From positions 97,464,001-97,528,000 of the forward strand of contig JBNRSN020000009.1 of NCBI GenBank assembly GCA_051313645.2: a stretch of DNA of 64,000 bases, given 5' to 3'. A program made the translations under genes and the position numbers. Under the pieces are notes generated by a model. That model did no database searches. It was not told the DNA's origin and saw nothing but the letters and a program-made list of their open reading frames with translations. The stretch is from Centroscyllium fabricii. Lineage: Eukaryota. How positions within the stretch are numbered: the first letter of the stretch is position 1; every line of letters begins with the position of its first letter. This document shows, piece after piece, positions 49,003 to 62,849 of this stretch.

Positions 49003-49398
49003 GGGCGGCACAGTGGCATAGTGGTTAGCATTGTTGCCTCACAGCTCTGGAGACCCGGGTTCAAATCCAGCCTCGGGTACTATCTGTGTGGAGTTTGCAC
49101 ATTCTCCCCGTGTCTGCGTGGGTTTCCTCCGGGTGCTCCGGTTTCCTCCCACAGTCCAAAGATGTGCGGGTTAGGTTGATTGGCCATGATAAATTCACCC
49201 TTAGTGTTAGGGGGATTGAATATGTGGGGTTACGGGGATAGGGTGGGATATGTGTCGGTATAGGCTCGATAGGGATATGGGGAGAGGGCAGGGGCGGGGT
49301 TTGGATGATCAGCCATGATCTCATTGAATGGCGAAGCAGGCTCGAAGGGCCGAATGGCCTACTCCTGCTCCTATCTTCTATGTTCTATGTTCTATGTT
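49003..49398 (+). mobile_element. HE1 V-SINE, full-length long-tail variant
   Basis: Nearly identical to 35819-36218; (ttctatg)n tail. Confidence 0.93.
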
Positions 49399-49958
49399 AC
49401 TGATTGACAGGTTCAATATGCTCACCCCAATCCTGACTAACAAAGCACTGCTTTCTTTTTGTCATTCAATTTTATAAAAAATCAATGACTTTTGAAAGAA
49501 CACAGTTAAATATTTTTTTCAGACATTATTACATTCCTCTTGAATTTAGGGTGCACTTAATTATTCTATTTTGTGTAGCTGCCACTTCTCAAAATCTGTC
49601 AACTTTTTTCATTACTCTCCAATTTACCCAGTCTTACAATTCAAAGTGTACTAACAGCTGTAACTACAGAGGGGTCCCTGTACAACCTGTTAGAATGTTA
49701 CAATATAGCAACTAGAGATAACTGGATACAATGACTATTGATAGGAAATTGCTTTGGCTTTTTGAAATTGTTTACACTTCATGCGATTACAAACGGTGTC
49801 AATGTAAGAACATCGTTTAGTAAATTGTATATACTTAAGTAAATTACAGCTAAGAAGATATACTTCCATGGATTTCGCTTAAATATATAGACATGAGGTT
49901 TATTGAAATGTGCTGCCTCATTGCAATTTCTCTGATGAAAACAGGATAATTTTATATA

Positions 49959-50079
49959 AAATAACAACAGAAAACGCTGGAGAAACTCAGCAGGCCAGGC
50001 AGCATCGGTGGAGAGAGAAACAGAGTTAACGTTTCAGGTCGAAGACCTTTCGTCAGTATTTCCGCAGTATTTTGCTATC
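49959..50079 (-). mobile_element. Penelope P1 end fragment with hammerhead core
   Basis: Matches 4345-4443; flanked by the 15-bp direct repeat attttatataaaata (49949-49963, 50080-50094). Confidence 0.8.
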
Positions 50080-51338
50080 ATTTTATATAAAATAGCTCAT
50101 TTTTAAAATAAATACTTAAGAAAATCTATATCTACAGATATCAGTATCGATACTTACTTTTTTTATTACACCGTGCATATTGTTTACCAGAGTTTTAAAC
50201 TTAACTGGTGTCAGTGTCTTTATGACTAGAAAATGAACTCCAGTTGAATCCTACCCTGAAACTTTAAAAGAAAAGTTCTGTCAAAGTCCTACTACAACTA
50301 GAACTGTACCAAGTCTCAATGTGTTCCAATGTGGTGTTAGCTACAATCAATGCATGTTATGTCTGGATATATATGTTATGTGGCCCCACCTATTTTATGC
50401 ATTATGCTCTACTGTATTTTGTATCAGTCAAAGTACTATTTATTCCTATTGCAACCATGCTTTGGTAACAGATAATAAAATTGCACTTAAAACAGCATTT
50501 TCCAACAAAAATCTACAATCGACACTTGGACCATAAATCCACAAAAGACACAAATTGAAAAACCCGCAATGCACGTAATAAACGCCTGACTTCATTACTA
50601 AAGCAGTAATCTATAAGAACTTTTCAATTCATTGTATAAATATGCACATATACAGACACGCACAGACGAAAAACCACTTCTAAATAATCTTTTTTTTTGT
50701 GCCCCAACTTGTTAAGAATGGACTCGGCAGATGTGATCCTGATGACTCCAATGTGAAGTGGCTCAAGGTTGAATTTTGTCTTAAGACCGAAACTTTTCAT
50801 GTGCTTTTGGACCAGTGGACCTTATTGGGGGGTTGGTGTGAAGCCAGAGTGACTGTTTCATTTCCACATTCTGTCCCTCTTTCTCCTTGTTTTTTTGATT
50901 TTACGACTGTGCGGTTCCATTTGTGGAGAAGTGAGAAGGCAAGCCCGCCCGCCCGCCCGGGCACACGGTTGAAAGCTTTCAGAGAAGCGGACCCTTGACA
51001 ACGGCCCCAGCACAGGCTTTGTTTGATGTGCAACTGCTTTACTTGATCTGGGTTGTCAAGGTTCGCTTCTTGCCGGGCTGTTTACTTCACTGCGATTTTC
51101 TCAAGTCACTCGGTAATCCAAGATGAAGGAGGCTGAATTCCACTTGGTGGTTTTTTTCTCGCTATAAACATTAAACAGTCCAACCAACCCCCCCGCCCCC
51201 CCCCTCCTCACATCCCTGAGAGACAACCAAAGTAAATAACAAGAGGGGCTGGAATGGGGCGAGGGTGGCCAGGCTGATTTTGTAATGTCCAGAGAGTTAC
51301 TTTGTCATTAATTTGTATTTAATTTAAAAAGGCAGTAC

Positions 51339-51800
51339 CTTGCTTCTGCCGCCGTTGTCCTCTGTAAACTCCGCTGACAAGACACAAACAAGTCATTGTC
51401 CGCCGTGCAGCCGCCAAAACCTCGCAACTCGGCGAAGTCAAGCGGACAACTTTCAGCGAGAAACTGGCGGGCCAGGTTAGGAGGGGGGAGATTCGCGGCC
51501 GAATTAATGTGACTCGCAACAACAACAAAAACATTCTTTAAAAAAAGTGTTTATCAACGATTCGTGTGAAAAATGTGAAGTGGGTTTTATTGTGTGGTGT
51601 TTATTCTGTGTGTGTGCAATGATGCAGCTGCCCCGTCCGAAGACCCGACAGCAGCATCTGACGGGCAGCAGCAGAGCCAGACTGACAGGAAAGTTTGAGG
51701 GAAGATGTGGAAGATCTGACTTTAAAACATCACCGCAACAAAGAGCCTCCCTCCGCACTGCCCGGCTACTCGCACAGCCTGCTCGCTCTCTCTCTCTCTC
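51339..51800 (-). other. Candidate alternative untranslated first exon (5' end uncertain)
   Basis: Donor gaagcaag|GTACTG at the CpG-rich to AT-rich transition; (GA)n tract near the presumed start. Confidence 0.4.
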
Positions 51801-53220
51801 TCCCGCCTTTCATCAACAAAAAGTTATAAACAAACACCAAGTTAACAACAAAAGTAATGGAGGTGGCCCGGGGGAAGGCTGGTGGCAAAACAATTGATGC
51901 GGGGTGGGGGACAATTGGGAGGCGGTGGGTCCATTGCCCCCGTCCCCCCTTGCCGGGTGAGTGAGGGGTTCTGCCTGCACCCCCTCCCGGCTCTCTCTCT
52001 CCCCCCCCCCCCCCAAACTATCGCAACATCTCACCTCACCCTCCCCAAGTTGGCAGGGAGAGCTGAGGTAGTCCAGCTTGGAGCGGACGCCAATTCCCGT
52101 CGGGAAAAGTCATCTCCCCACTGACGGTGAATGACTGGGCAGTGTTTTTTTTTCTCTCTATTGGGAAAGGCTGGGACCATTTCAGGGGGCGACTGAGGTG
52201 GGGACTTGCGCTCACCCTCGCGGCCGAGGCGAGTCCAGCCTTGCAGCCGTCTGGCCAGAGCGTTAGGCCGTGTGACTGACTGAAGTCCAAGTGTCCAGCA
52301 GATAGCAGTACTTTCTTTCTGAAAATACAACACTAAGTTGAAACCGCCAGCACCTTGTCTGCGGGCTGCTCACTCTCAGGATTGGAGCTTCCAGCGGCCA
52401 AAGCTGGAGGAAGTGGCGGTGAAGTCTATTCGGGTCGCAGTCGAAAGCTGCCGATACTCGGCATTGCCCTAACTTAATCCCCCCTTCCCCCCAAACACAA
52501 TACAGGTCTGCCACACACACACAAAACAACTCAATACAATGCAGTGTGGACTGTTCAAAGTATGACTAAATAAAATTGCGGAAATGTTGGCCCCCACAGT
52601 TTCGATGACCTCCATAGGTAATCCGATGCTATCACGCCCACCTGATGCCCACCCAAACTCGCAGGGGGCCTTTCTGAAAGTCCAGGATAGCAAAAAGTGA
52701 CAAGTTTCAGGAGTTTATCCCCCTTCTCCCTTCCCCATGCGGTTCTCACTCTCTCTCTATGCCCTTCCCCCTGCAGGAATGGTGCGATCCTGGAGGAGAG
52801 ATCTCCAGCCTGTCAAGTCTCCGGCGATCTGCCGACTATTCCCCCAGCCCCCTCACTAAAGTCGCCAGAAAGAAATCTCACGCAACTCAACTCCTTCAAA
52901 CTGACCACACTGGCTAATAACCCCCCCCCCCCCCGGTAAACAACCCAGGGACTCCCACAACCTCAACTCAGACACAGACGGCCGTCTCCCCCCTCCTCCC
53001 TGGCCAGCATTATTTGGGTTTTTTTGCATTACCAATGCAAATTGTTTATCTCCCAGTCGAAATCTACTTTGACAAACAACAACAACAATTTTTTTGCAAA
53101 ACACCCCGAACTGCACGTGGGGGGCTTTGCAGGAAATTAAGAGTCAAGCCAAGCAGAAAGAGTTAATGTGAAAGCGAGCAAAGGGGGAAGAGGGAAGAAA
53201 AGAATCAAATTCAAACTTAC

Positions 53221-53560
53221 CAGTTGGTAACTGCTTTAGCTTGTTGGGCAAGAAGATAATTTGACCCCGCTACACACATGCGATTGTGTACGAAAAAGCA
53301 TGCAACAAGCACACAATAAATAACAATATATTACTCCGCTCTCTGGTACTACGTTGTAGAGCAGCCGCTTTCCAAAGACACACAAATCCCCCCTGGTCCA
53401 ACTAAGAAGCCGGATCGAACTCACACTTGATCGGATCCTTTCCTATTCTCCCGCCGCGCTTTCCCCCCACTCTTCATTATTCAGAATTGTAGTGAAGTTA
53501 ATGAGCTTTTGGGGGTTGGTGGTGGGGGGGAAGATACAAATCGCGGAGTTGGATGTTGTT
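53221..53560 (-). other. Candidate untranslated first exon (5' end uncertain)
   Basis: Consensus donor caactg|GTAAGT (acttac 53215-53220) downstream of the CRE/forkhead cluster; no convincing ORF. Confidence 0.55.
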
Positions 53561-53718
53561 ATTTTTTGCTGCGAGCTGCCCCCTGACGTCATATCCACCT
53601 GCTGTGTAAACAACATGTAGCAGAGCTTTAAGGGGGGGAATAGCTGGGCTCGGATCACAGCTCTCAGTCAGCAGCATAGGCGGCCGCCGCTCAGCACAGC
53701 TCAGCCTAGCCCAGCCCA

Positions 53719-53848
53719 NNNNNNNNNNNNNNNNNNNNNNNNNNNNNNNNNNNNNNNNNNNNNNNNNNNNNNNNNNNNNNNNNNNNNNNNNNNNNNNNNN
53801 NNNNNNNNNNNNNNNNNNNNNNNNNNNNNNNNNNNNNNNNNNNNNNNN
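53719..53848. other. Assembly gap (130 N)
   Basis: Run of N flanked by cagcc/cagct pentamers. Confidence 0.99.
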
Positions 53849-56574
53849 GTACAGCCCAGCTCACCACTGCAAGTTTGGCGTTAACGCCAAAAAAAATAAA
53901 AGCAACCCCCCTCCCCCTCCGGTGTCATTCGGGCTCTGAAGGAGCTGGGAACCTAGTGAAACTGATTGTGGAAAAAAAGTGAAAGTGTCTTTTTTTTAAC
54001 TAACAAACAGGCCAGTTGGGGCCAAGGAGCAAAGCGACTCCGGAGAGGCGCAGCGCTCGGCTCGGTGCGCTCTGGCCAATGGAGGCAGCTGGGTTCGGGA
54101 GGTGAAAGTTCAGCAGGAGGACAACCCTGTCAGGAAGTAGAAAGTGTCAATCCTCAGAGTGCCAAACCCTACTCTTATCTACTTCACCGACCATTTCACC
54201 CCCAAAAAACACACGGGACATTCAGGGAAGTGTCGATCCCACTAATGCACCAATGTGTTATATTTCTCTCCTTCAGTGACTGCGGCTAAAAGTCCCAGGT
54301 TTATTCATTATTTGACCAAAAAAAGAAATAACAAAAGAAAGTTAAGTTGGAAGGGATAAGATGTAGCAGGTAAAGTTTGTTACTTGTAATATATGTCACT
54401 GTTTATGAATGGTTTGTTGTGCACATTTAGGTGCCTTATTTCAGCTCTGGTGAATGGTGAAGATCCTCTTTGATATGATTGTGTGATCAGCTCTGAACTC
54501 CACCATAGCGGAGTATGACACCAGTCCTCAAACCTTTAGTCGCCCTTTAACACCCAGCTCCTGAGGCATTGCTACTCTGCGTATTACTGCAATTGATATA
54601 TAACTCTTTCCGAAACAATCGAGCACACGAAACTGCGACAGATTTTTTTCCTTGATAGCCTTATAATAAAAACATTAATTACGAACCCGATGGGGCGATT
54701 TTTCTTTTCTTGAAAAATGCTTGCGAATCGGTTCAGTAGTCCAATTAACACTTCTAGAACGTAACATTAATCTGCAATTTAAACTGAAATCTTTCTGAAA
54801 CCTTGCGTGTCCTTGATCAAGGACTGAAATGCAGAGATATAAATTTATTTATAAATGACGCTTAATTTATTACAGGGGCCATCAGTGGCCGTGCTGAAGA
54901 GTGGCGGATTTCTCTCAAGTCTCCGTTGCACTGAGAGATGGATTTGTGCAAACGGAGAGGCTGGGACGCCATCCCCTGGTTGGAAAAGTATCGGGAAACG
55001 CCAAGCAGAATATATACAATGGCAGGATTATTTGTGTGCGATCCGATGCAAAATTAAATGTTATAAAGGTATAAATATTATAAATGTATGATGCTTGAGG
55101 GCGTCAGGATTAAAATCATTTAACAAGAAAAAAATCTGAATTCTCAGTCTGAATCAAATTATATTCTTTTATTGCCACATTTAGGTTTCATCCCAGTTGT
55201 GCAAGAAATGCTTTTATTAAATTTGTTAGTTTATATACATTTCGAGAATTGACTACAGCCCGGTTTAAGCCAATCCACATGTGATTACAATAGCCTTAAC
55301 ATGAAATAGCTGCTCAACGCTTCAAACTTTGTGAGTCATGCAACTTCGAGCAAACCAGGCAGTTCTTTCCAGCCGTCTAAATACCAGCCTATTGTGCGCA
55401 AAACAAATTAAAATCGCTTATTGCCAACAAGGTGGAAACCGAAAATCGTTGGGATCGTTCCCCCTCCTAACGAATGGGCTCAGTAGAAAGTAATAGAGTT
55501 GGTTTTAATTGCCTGCACTTTCCTCAGTCCTTTGCGAGCACATTTCTAACGCCGTTCCTACTGTGCGAGCTCTATCGCTTACCGCAAGGAATGCGCCGCC
55601 AGTTCTGTCCGCCTAGCATCAAACTGTGAGGATCCGCGGGACTTTGGGAGAACTGTGTGCACATTTAGCGGGGCTATTGGACTTCGCTGGCTGCTGATTT
55701 TGTGGACATAACACTGGTAGAGCAAAACAGAATTACGGAGTAGGCAACAAACAACGGGGACAACAATAAACAAATCTGGGGTGTAACCTAAATGTTGAAC
55801 TTTATTACAAAGTTAATCCAACTACGATTTCTCAATACTTCATTTGCGTTTCGTCCCAATTTCTTTGAAAGCTACTTCCTATTTAATAACCAAACACACT
55901 CAACTCGTTATATAATGAGATTTTTTTAACTTATGCCCAGTTATCACCGAATTATATCTTTAAATGATAATGTTCAATCCGAAATAAAAATGATAACGGG
56001 TTAATGTATTTTAAAAAACTGAATTCAAATAAACTTTAAACACCTGATGGATGAATCCACAGATTATAGCACATTACACCGAGTATTGTTTTCCCTCCTA
56101 AAATAACCTCATTCTTATTTTAAATTCTTAAAACCCAGTGAAAACTATTTTTTTTAAATGGGAGAAATGGACTTTCGCGATATTCCATTCCAATCGTTCA
56201 GGACTCCAAGGTACTTACGGTTGCAGAGTAATTGAATTTTGTTTCAGCCGGGAATATTGTAAAGATTTTATGAAAAGATTCATTCATTTACTAAGCATGG
56301 TGCCCATTCATTGTCTGCACATCTGGAGTATTCTGGAGAAGATAACCTCACGGTGAGCAAAGCCGTTCAGAATAACCTTGTGTAGTCCGGGGTTCCCTGA
56401 CCCCGGGCTCTGTTAGCGCTTGTATCATTTTGTAAAATTATTATTAAAAATATCACAGTATAATTCAAACTGCCTGGGTGCGATAGACGGAGCATTTAAA
56501 TCTTTGTGAAGGGTCATCGGCAATGTCGTGTAACTGGGCGTTAGGTCATTTGGGGATTCATCTGTGTTGATGTT

Positions 56575-56830
56575 CAAGTGTGTAGCCCCCTCACCTGTAT
56601 CGATACTCACTCTCGGGGCTTGTGGATGTTCGCATGTATGGGCTATCTCCATTATTGTGTAGTCCTTTATATGTATAGGCTCCCAGTAGTATCGTCACTT
56701 ACTGGGCGGTCAGTTGTCCAGCTATTTACCTGGATGGGCCCGTACAGAGTGGGGGCTTCCACATGTGCATTCAGTCAGCGTGATGGGCTCTCAGCTGTAT
56801 CGTCACCCGATGCACGGGCTCTCAACCTTG
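56575..56830. repeat. Degenerate tandem repeat
   Basis: Recurring gggct(ct)cag(c)tgtatcgtcac-like units. Confidence 0.4.
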
Positions 56831-58111
56831 TGTGCTTTACCACATTAAACTCATGCTGCAGCAACGACGGTTTTACAGTGGGGATGGATTCGCCGTTAAT
56901 AATACTCGCTGTTCAACTGTTAGACGTGATTTTGTTGTTCTTAGGACGGTACCAACATCTGAAGAAAACATGTCGAAGCTCTGATCACACAGACAACTCA
57001 AGGGAGAGGGCAGGATGGGCGGAGGAGAAAGTTCACTGCTGTGCTTCCTTCTGACTCATTCTCCCCCTGTTCCCCTTCTTTCTGTCGATCTCTGCTTAAC
57101 ATTTTTTGAAATCGTTTTTTAAAATCTCATTTTGACTTTAATTATATTCTGCTTTGTTTTTGCCCCTCAACACTTTACACTTTGAAGGCTTCTGTCGCCT
57201 CAGCCATTCCAGTGTCTGTCGATTCCTGGGTCAGTCAGGTTGTTTGCTCCTTGTATTTCTCATCAGTGGACAACAGGTCTTGCTTCCCCCCCCCCCTCCC
57301 CCCTCCCATCACTGGCCAGACATCCCAGCTGCTCTAGCCTACTGTGCATGCCCAGGGTTTTCCTGGGTACGTAGTGCCATTGGGGCTAAAACACCCACCT
57401 ACCCATGATGTGTTTCATTTCATATTAACCATTTAGCCCATCTTGCATTCAGCTGAGAGCACACGAGGAGATGATCACTGCTGGGCAACTTGCAGGTTAG
57501 GTGTGACATTGGGGATTTGGAGGAGTGCACTGTCCTTTATCAAGATGAGTATTTTCTTGTCTCATTAATTTCCCCCTGTAATTTTGCAGTTTTTAAAAAA
57601 TGTATATTTTTCTTTATATTTCCCTGTGTACACAGAATCACAACCAGACCATATAAATTAAAATGACTCCATACTTCCTTGGTATCCACACTTGTCTATG
57701 TGGAAACAAAATATTCCTTCAGGTTGTGAATAATCTTACTGCTTTTGTTTCAATTTCAGTTCTCATTTTTCCTTCACTCTTATTCCTGGTCACTTCCATT
57801 GCTTCTCCCCTGTCTGTGGCAGAGATAAACTGACCAGAAATAAACAAGATACAAACTCTTCCCTCAATACTAAACACCTCTCAATGCCTGAAAAGATTTC
57901 ATAAGTATGAAGAAACAAGTCTTACTGTAAGCATGCAATGAAATCTAGAGACAATAATTTCACGGAACCTAGTGGGTATTTTCTCTGAGTGGCAATATCA
58001 CCACAGTGACATCACTGAATTTAATTTAAAACCGCCCCCCTCACTTACAATAATGTTTATTCAATGTTTGTTTAAAAATAAAAATTGTCACATACATGCA
58101 CAATCAGCAGT

Positions 58112-58421
58112 GGAGGAGCCGGATGAACTACTGGGCATGGACCTCCCTCGCCGGCAGTGGACAATGCTCAACCACCTCAGGACTGGTGTTGGCCGTTTCG
58201 CCGCGACCATGAAAGGATGGGGACTCAGGGACTCGGCTGTCTGCGACTGTGGTCACCCTGAACAGACAGTCGATCACATCATCGAGTCATGTCTAAAACA
58301 TCGACCACCCAACGGCGAAGCCGGCATAGCTGCTCTAGACGACGAAACACTAGCATGGCTTTCCTCAACCGAGCTGGTGATCTGACAACGGGATACTGAA
58401 GCAAACGAAAGAAGAAGAAGA
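58112..58421 (+). mobile_element. Vingi/Ingi-clade LINE 3' end
   Basis: GMDLPRRQWTMLNHLRTGVGR...CDCGHPEQTVDHIIESC zinc-knuckle C-terminus; (GAA)n tail; TSD agcagt. Confidence 0.85.
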
Positions 58422-61400
58422 AGCAGTAGAATTTAAATTAAAAATAAATACTGCATTCTGATATAATCATGTAAAATGCTGAAAATATACAACTTGTTAA
58501 TAACCTAACATTAACCTGCCTTATTTCTTTTTAGAAACTGATGGACTTGCTGTGTATTTCTATTATTTTTTCTTTCAAAAGTTGAAATACCTTTTTTCTT
58601 TTGCTTTCCTTTTTATTTTTTTCTGGATTCCATTATACATTTCTTGTTTCTTTTTTATTTTTCTAATTTCTTTCTTCTACATTAATCTTCTTTCATTTTT
58701 TTCTCTTTTGTTTGTTTTATCCCCATTAGCTTCCCTGTTACATCTTTAGTTTGATTTCCCATTTGTTCCTTTAATCTGTTGCTTTATCATCACTCTCGCA
58801 GCTTCACTGCCTGATGCTTTCTCTGCGATGCTGCAGTGGTGAATGTGTTCCTATTGATCATACAGCCAACTCAAAACCAAACAGCACATGCAAATCTACC
58901 TCTTCTTTCTACCTCCAAAGAGATCAACAGTGCTTGAGGATGCAGCTATTGTATTTTTTTTTCAATTTCCAGGACTGCTCAGCAGGACAAATAGAGACTT
59001 CAGTTGGGGCCTGTTGATGGTTGTAATAGATGTAATAAGCATGGTCCTGGTGCCTAACTACACAGGCAGTTTTATATATTTTTAGCTGAACCAAACAGTA
59101 TCATGTCTAGGCATACATCTGGAGGATAAATGAAAGGAGATTGATTTCTGAGATAAAGGAGTTCAAAGATTTCTTTTTTTACTGATCAGTCGCATTCCCT
59201 AACCGGATGCCGCTCGACATATTTTCTTAGTCTAGGGTATTTGTGACAAATAAAACACGTGGATAATTGAATGTCCCTATGATCATTAGGAGTGCATTTA
59301 CATTCATCCTTAGACGCTTGTTGCAGTAGAAAATTAAAGCAAGATGAAGAAATATTCTGGAAGATGACTGGCCACTTTGTTTTTTGGGTGGTGGGGGTGC
59401 ATGGGGATAGGGTTGTATTGATCTCATCCCTAACCTAGAATCAGAACTGAAATTAAGTTTTCCCTGTTCCGATATGCAATTGGCAGGCAATTTTCCGAAT
59501 GATGACCAGGTATCAATTACTTTGTATTAGGGTATACAAAATAGGGGTTTTCATTATTTTTGTAAGTCTTAAATTTGTACAATTCACTGTCTACTATTTG
59601 ATGAACTGTGTGATATTAGAATAGAATCATTGATATGGAAAGTCTTGGGTTGAAGCGCAAATTCCTCATCACCATAAGGGAGAAATACTTTGACGTCCTT
59701 CACTATATTCTGTAAACAGATACAAGCCTCCAAGCGGATGACTAAAATCTGGGTCCTATTCTCTCACTATAAAGGATGTGAGCGCTCAGACATGGCTGAC
59801 CCAAATGCTTTCATTGATTTTAACATCAACATAAGGAAGATAAATAATTTGAAGTACTTACAGCTGAGTCTTTCTAGGTGTTTCAAACTCACTTTGTTTA
59901 AGGAGAGTTTTCTATGGTATTGTCACCAGTGACTGTGGCTCATAATACCATTAATTTCCCAGCTAAAACCAGTGACTTATCTTCAGGCAGTGCAGCAATA
60001 TGATAATTGTCCTGATGATTGGAAAGTTGGCACTGGTTCTGTTGTCTCATTAACTTCTCTTATTGTCACCCTTAAGGCATTAGGGTTTAATTCTATGATA
60101 CTAGAGGTGCAATGGAGCAGTTTTTGGCTTTAAAGCTTAGAATGTGCACAACATAACTAAGATTTGGCAGCAATGACAGTGTTAGGGAATCAGACAATGG
60201 TGTTGAATTCAATCATACTGGATGGGACAATGCTCTGAAGCTAACATTTTAGCTTCAAACCAAATGCATCAACTAAGGCTTTGGTAGTTGATTATGGCTT
60301 GAATTCTAATCTAAAATGATGAATTCAAGTTCATAATCAAATTAATAAAGCACTTTGTTACATTTCCTGAACACTAGATTGTTTGGTTTCCGTTTCCTCA
60401 TGCACTTTTTGTTGTTGATTGAGGTGAAGGAGTTAGGTTTTAGAGAACAGGCCGTTGCACCTAATGAGGGTAGTAAACATACCTCAATTAAAAATATATA
60501 TATACATATTGACAAATACAGGATTATAAAAAAATCAGCTTTATGCATGTGAAATCCAATGCAACATTAAATTTCCACTCTTCTTCCTATCAAGTGTTAA
60601 CTTCAAGACAACCTTCTATGGTCATTTCACATTTTATTACTTGGGTCTAAACAAGGACCTCCTTGTTGATTTGTGGTGTGTTAAATACCACATAAAGAAT
60701 ATCAGTAATATTTATTATTTCTTGTATTTGCAATACAGACATATAATGCAAGTTTATTTAAAAGATTTCATAAAATATGAATGTATTCAGAAAATTAGTA
60801 CTCAAATGTGGTAAACAGAACAAAGTTAAGGATCCCTTGTAGTTTGACTCATATTGTCTTCTTAAAATATGATGTCTAAATGCACCATCCACCACATGAA
60901 TATTAAAAATATTCAGACCTAGACCAAATAAGAAATATTAGAATACTATTGAACTACCCTGCATCTTCTGAGTGCTATAGGGGTTAGTATATTCTGACGT
61001 GTACCATCTATACATTTTATTCAGATATCTTTGATATTAACCTTTACTTTCAAATGCATTGTGTTAATACAACTAGGTAAATTAGTATATCTGATGGGAA
61101 AATCATTTTGCATAGTAACAGATCCAGAAAAAAAGCTTATTTTTGCTTGAACACAGCCTGCTACTCTTCTGCTAAATATGCATTGCTAATTTCACATTAC
61201 TGAACCTAAATTGAATCATTGATGAAATAAGATTTCAAGGAAAAATTACAAACACCTCATATAAGTACTGTACTATAATCAAGAACCTTATTTTGTTGTT
61301 TGTGTGCATTGTGCTACTCATTCTATTTAAATATTGTGCAAGAATTATCTCTCCATTATTAATTTAGTCATATTAATACATTCATAAATGTAAGGATGTG

Positions 61401-61456
61401 TATTATTTATTGATCGTTTATGGATATCAAAATATATTGATATGTCTATGTCTATG

Positions 61457-61766
61457 AACATTATTAAAGACCCCACACACCCCAGCCACAGTCTGTTCGC
61501 CCCTCTGCCCACCGGGAGACGCTACAGAGCAATTTGCACCCGCATGACTAGATTTCAGAACAGCTTCTTCCCCAGGGCTGTCAGCCTCCTGAACTCTAAA
61601 AAGAAACTCCGGTACCTGCACGACTGATAATGAACTTTACTGTATGCAATTTTCATGTAATTTATTTATTTTGTTTGCACTACTCTCGGGAGAGTCGAGT
61701 CTTCGTCTCGTTGTATTGTACTAGTACTCTGCAATGACAATAAAACTTGAATTGAATTGAATTGAA
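61457..61766 (+). mobile_element. Rex1/Babar LINE 3' end
   Basis: IIKDPTHPSHSLFAPLPTGRRYRAICTRMTRFQNSFFPRAV; tail aatgacaataaaac(ttgaa)n. Confidence 0.92.
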
Positions 61767-62849
61767 TATCATTCTGTTTATATTGGTCTTCAGCTTTCAA
61801 AGGGTGTTGGGTAATTTATTAGGGTTCCATCATTTTCAAACTGTACAAATTAGTGAGACATGATATTAGAAAAAAAAGATTCACATGAATTCTACGGCGA
61901 TTCCTGGCAGCATATCTAAATACACAGGGTGGAATTAAGTTGGCCTGCTAACCATTTAAAAGTAAATATCCTTCCCTTCCACGACAAGCCAGGGAAAACA
62001 ATAAAACACCACATTGTTTCAGTTGTTGCACCCCTCCCATAATCAGGACACTTTAGAGTGCAGCACTCACGAGTGACAAGATGCCTGGAAGTGAGATATG
62101 TTGATTATTCTATTAGCGCACAGCTCCCAGTGGACCTTTTCACTGTCTCACAGCCCCTAGTGGTACCTCTTCAGAACCACATACATTACAGGATTGATCC
62201 CAGTCTGAAACTGGGATTTTACTAATTCCCATGGGATACCATACTTTTTAATCATTAAGAAAATACTAAACATAGCTATTGTCTTTTTAAAGTATATATA
62301 ACTCTTACATTATTGTTTAAGTTTGACAATTGGTATTTTAACAAATCATTCATAAATGAGATATGTCCCCAAAATATTTTTGTCACAGAAAGTCTAGTAG
62401 TGTTACATACTATATGAAACAAATATTGACTACAAGGGAAATTGTTTACCTTATAGCTCTGAAACTGCAATCATTATTATTTTGAATTGACCATTGGATT
62501 CATTTTCGAGCAGTTATTGTAATATATGATTATAATAATCACATCTGTAAAATTACATTTACAATATACCTGTAGTTCATTGGAAAAGTATCAGTTTTCA
62601 TAGAAACTAACTGTATAGAGACACAAAACTAGAAGATAATTTTTAAAATGCTGTCAAGTATGTTTCTAATGTATAAAGGCTGTACAATCAATTGACCAGG
62701 GTAAATTCCATTTTACTTTTCAATAATTATTGTGATCTAAAATAAATACACTGTATTTCAACCAGTATTTGAAATAAGTTATAAAGGTATGAAAGCTACC
62801 ACTTCACAGCTGGTCACTTTCCAATGTCAGAAGCTTGAGCCTTCAGGAC

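Larger units (their letters stand above)
50930..54300 (-). promoter_or_regulatory. CpG-island promoter region of an unidentified host gene
   Basis: Sharp rise in CpG/GC with no recognisable TE; CRE 53584-53591, forkhead GTAAACAA 53606-53613, CCAAT ~54076; several minus-strand splice donors. Confidence 0.75.

Noticed and set aside
49003-49075. tRNA gene (A and B boxes)
   Set aside because: tRNA-derived head of an HE1 SINE; continues directly into the V-domain
50699-50998. ORF with SNVKWLKVEFC, faintly like the muscleblind N-terminus
   Set aside because: CCCH zinc finger does not follow; judged coincidental
58552-58749. Phe-rich membrane-like ORF
   Set aside because: Translation of a T-rich low-complexity tract
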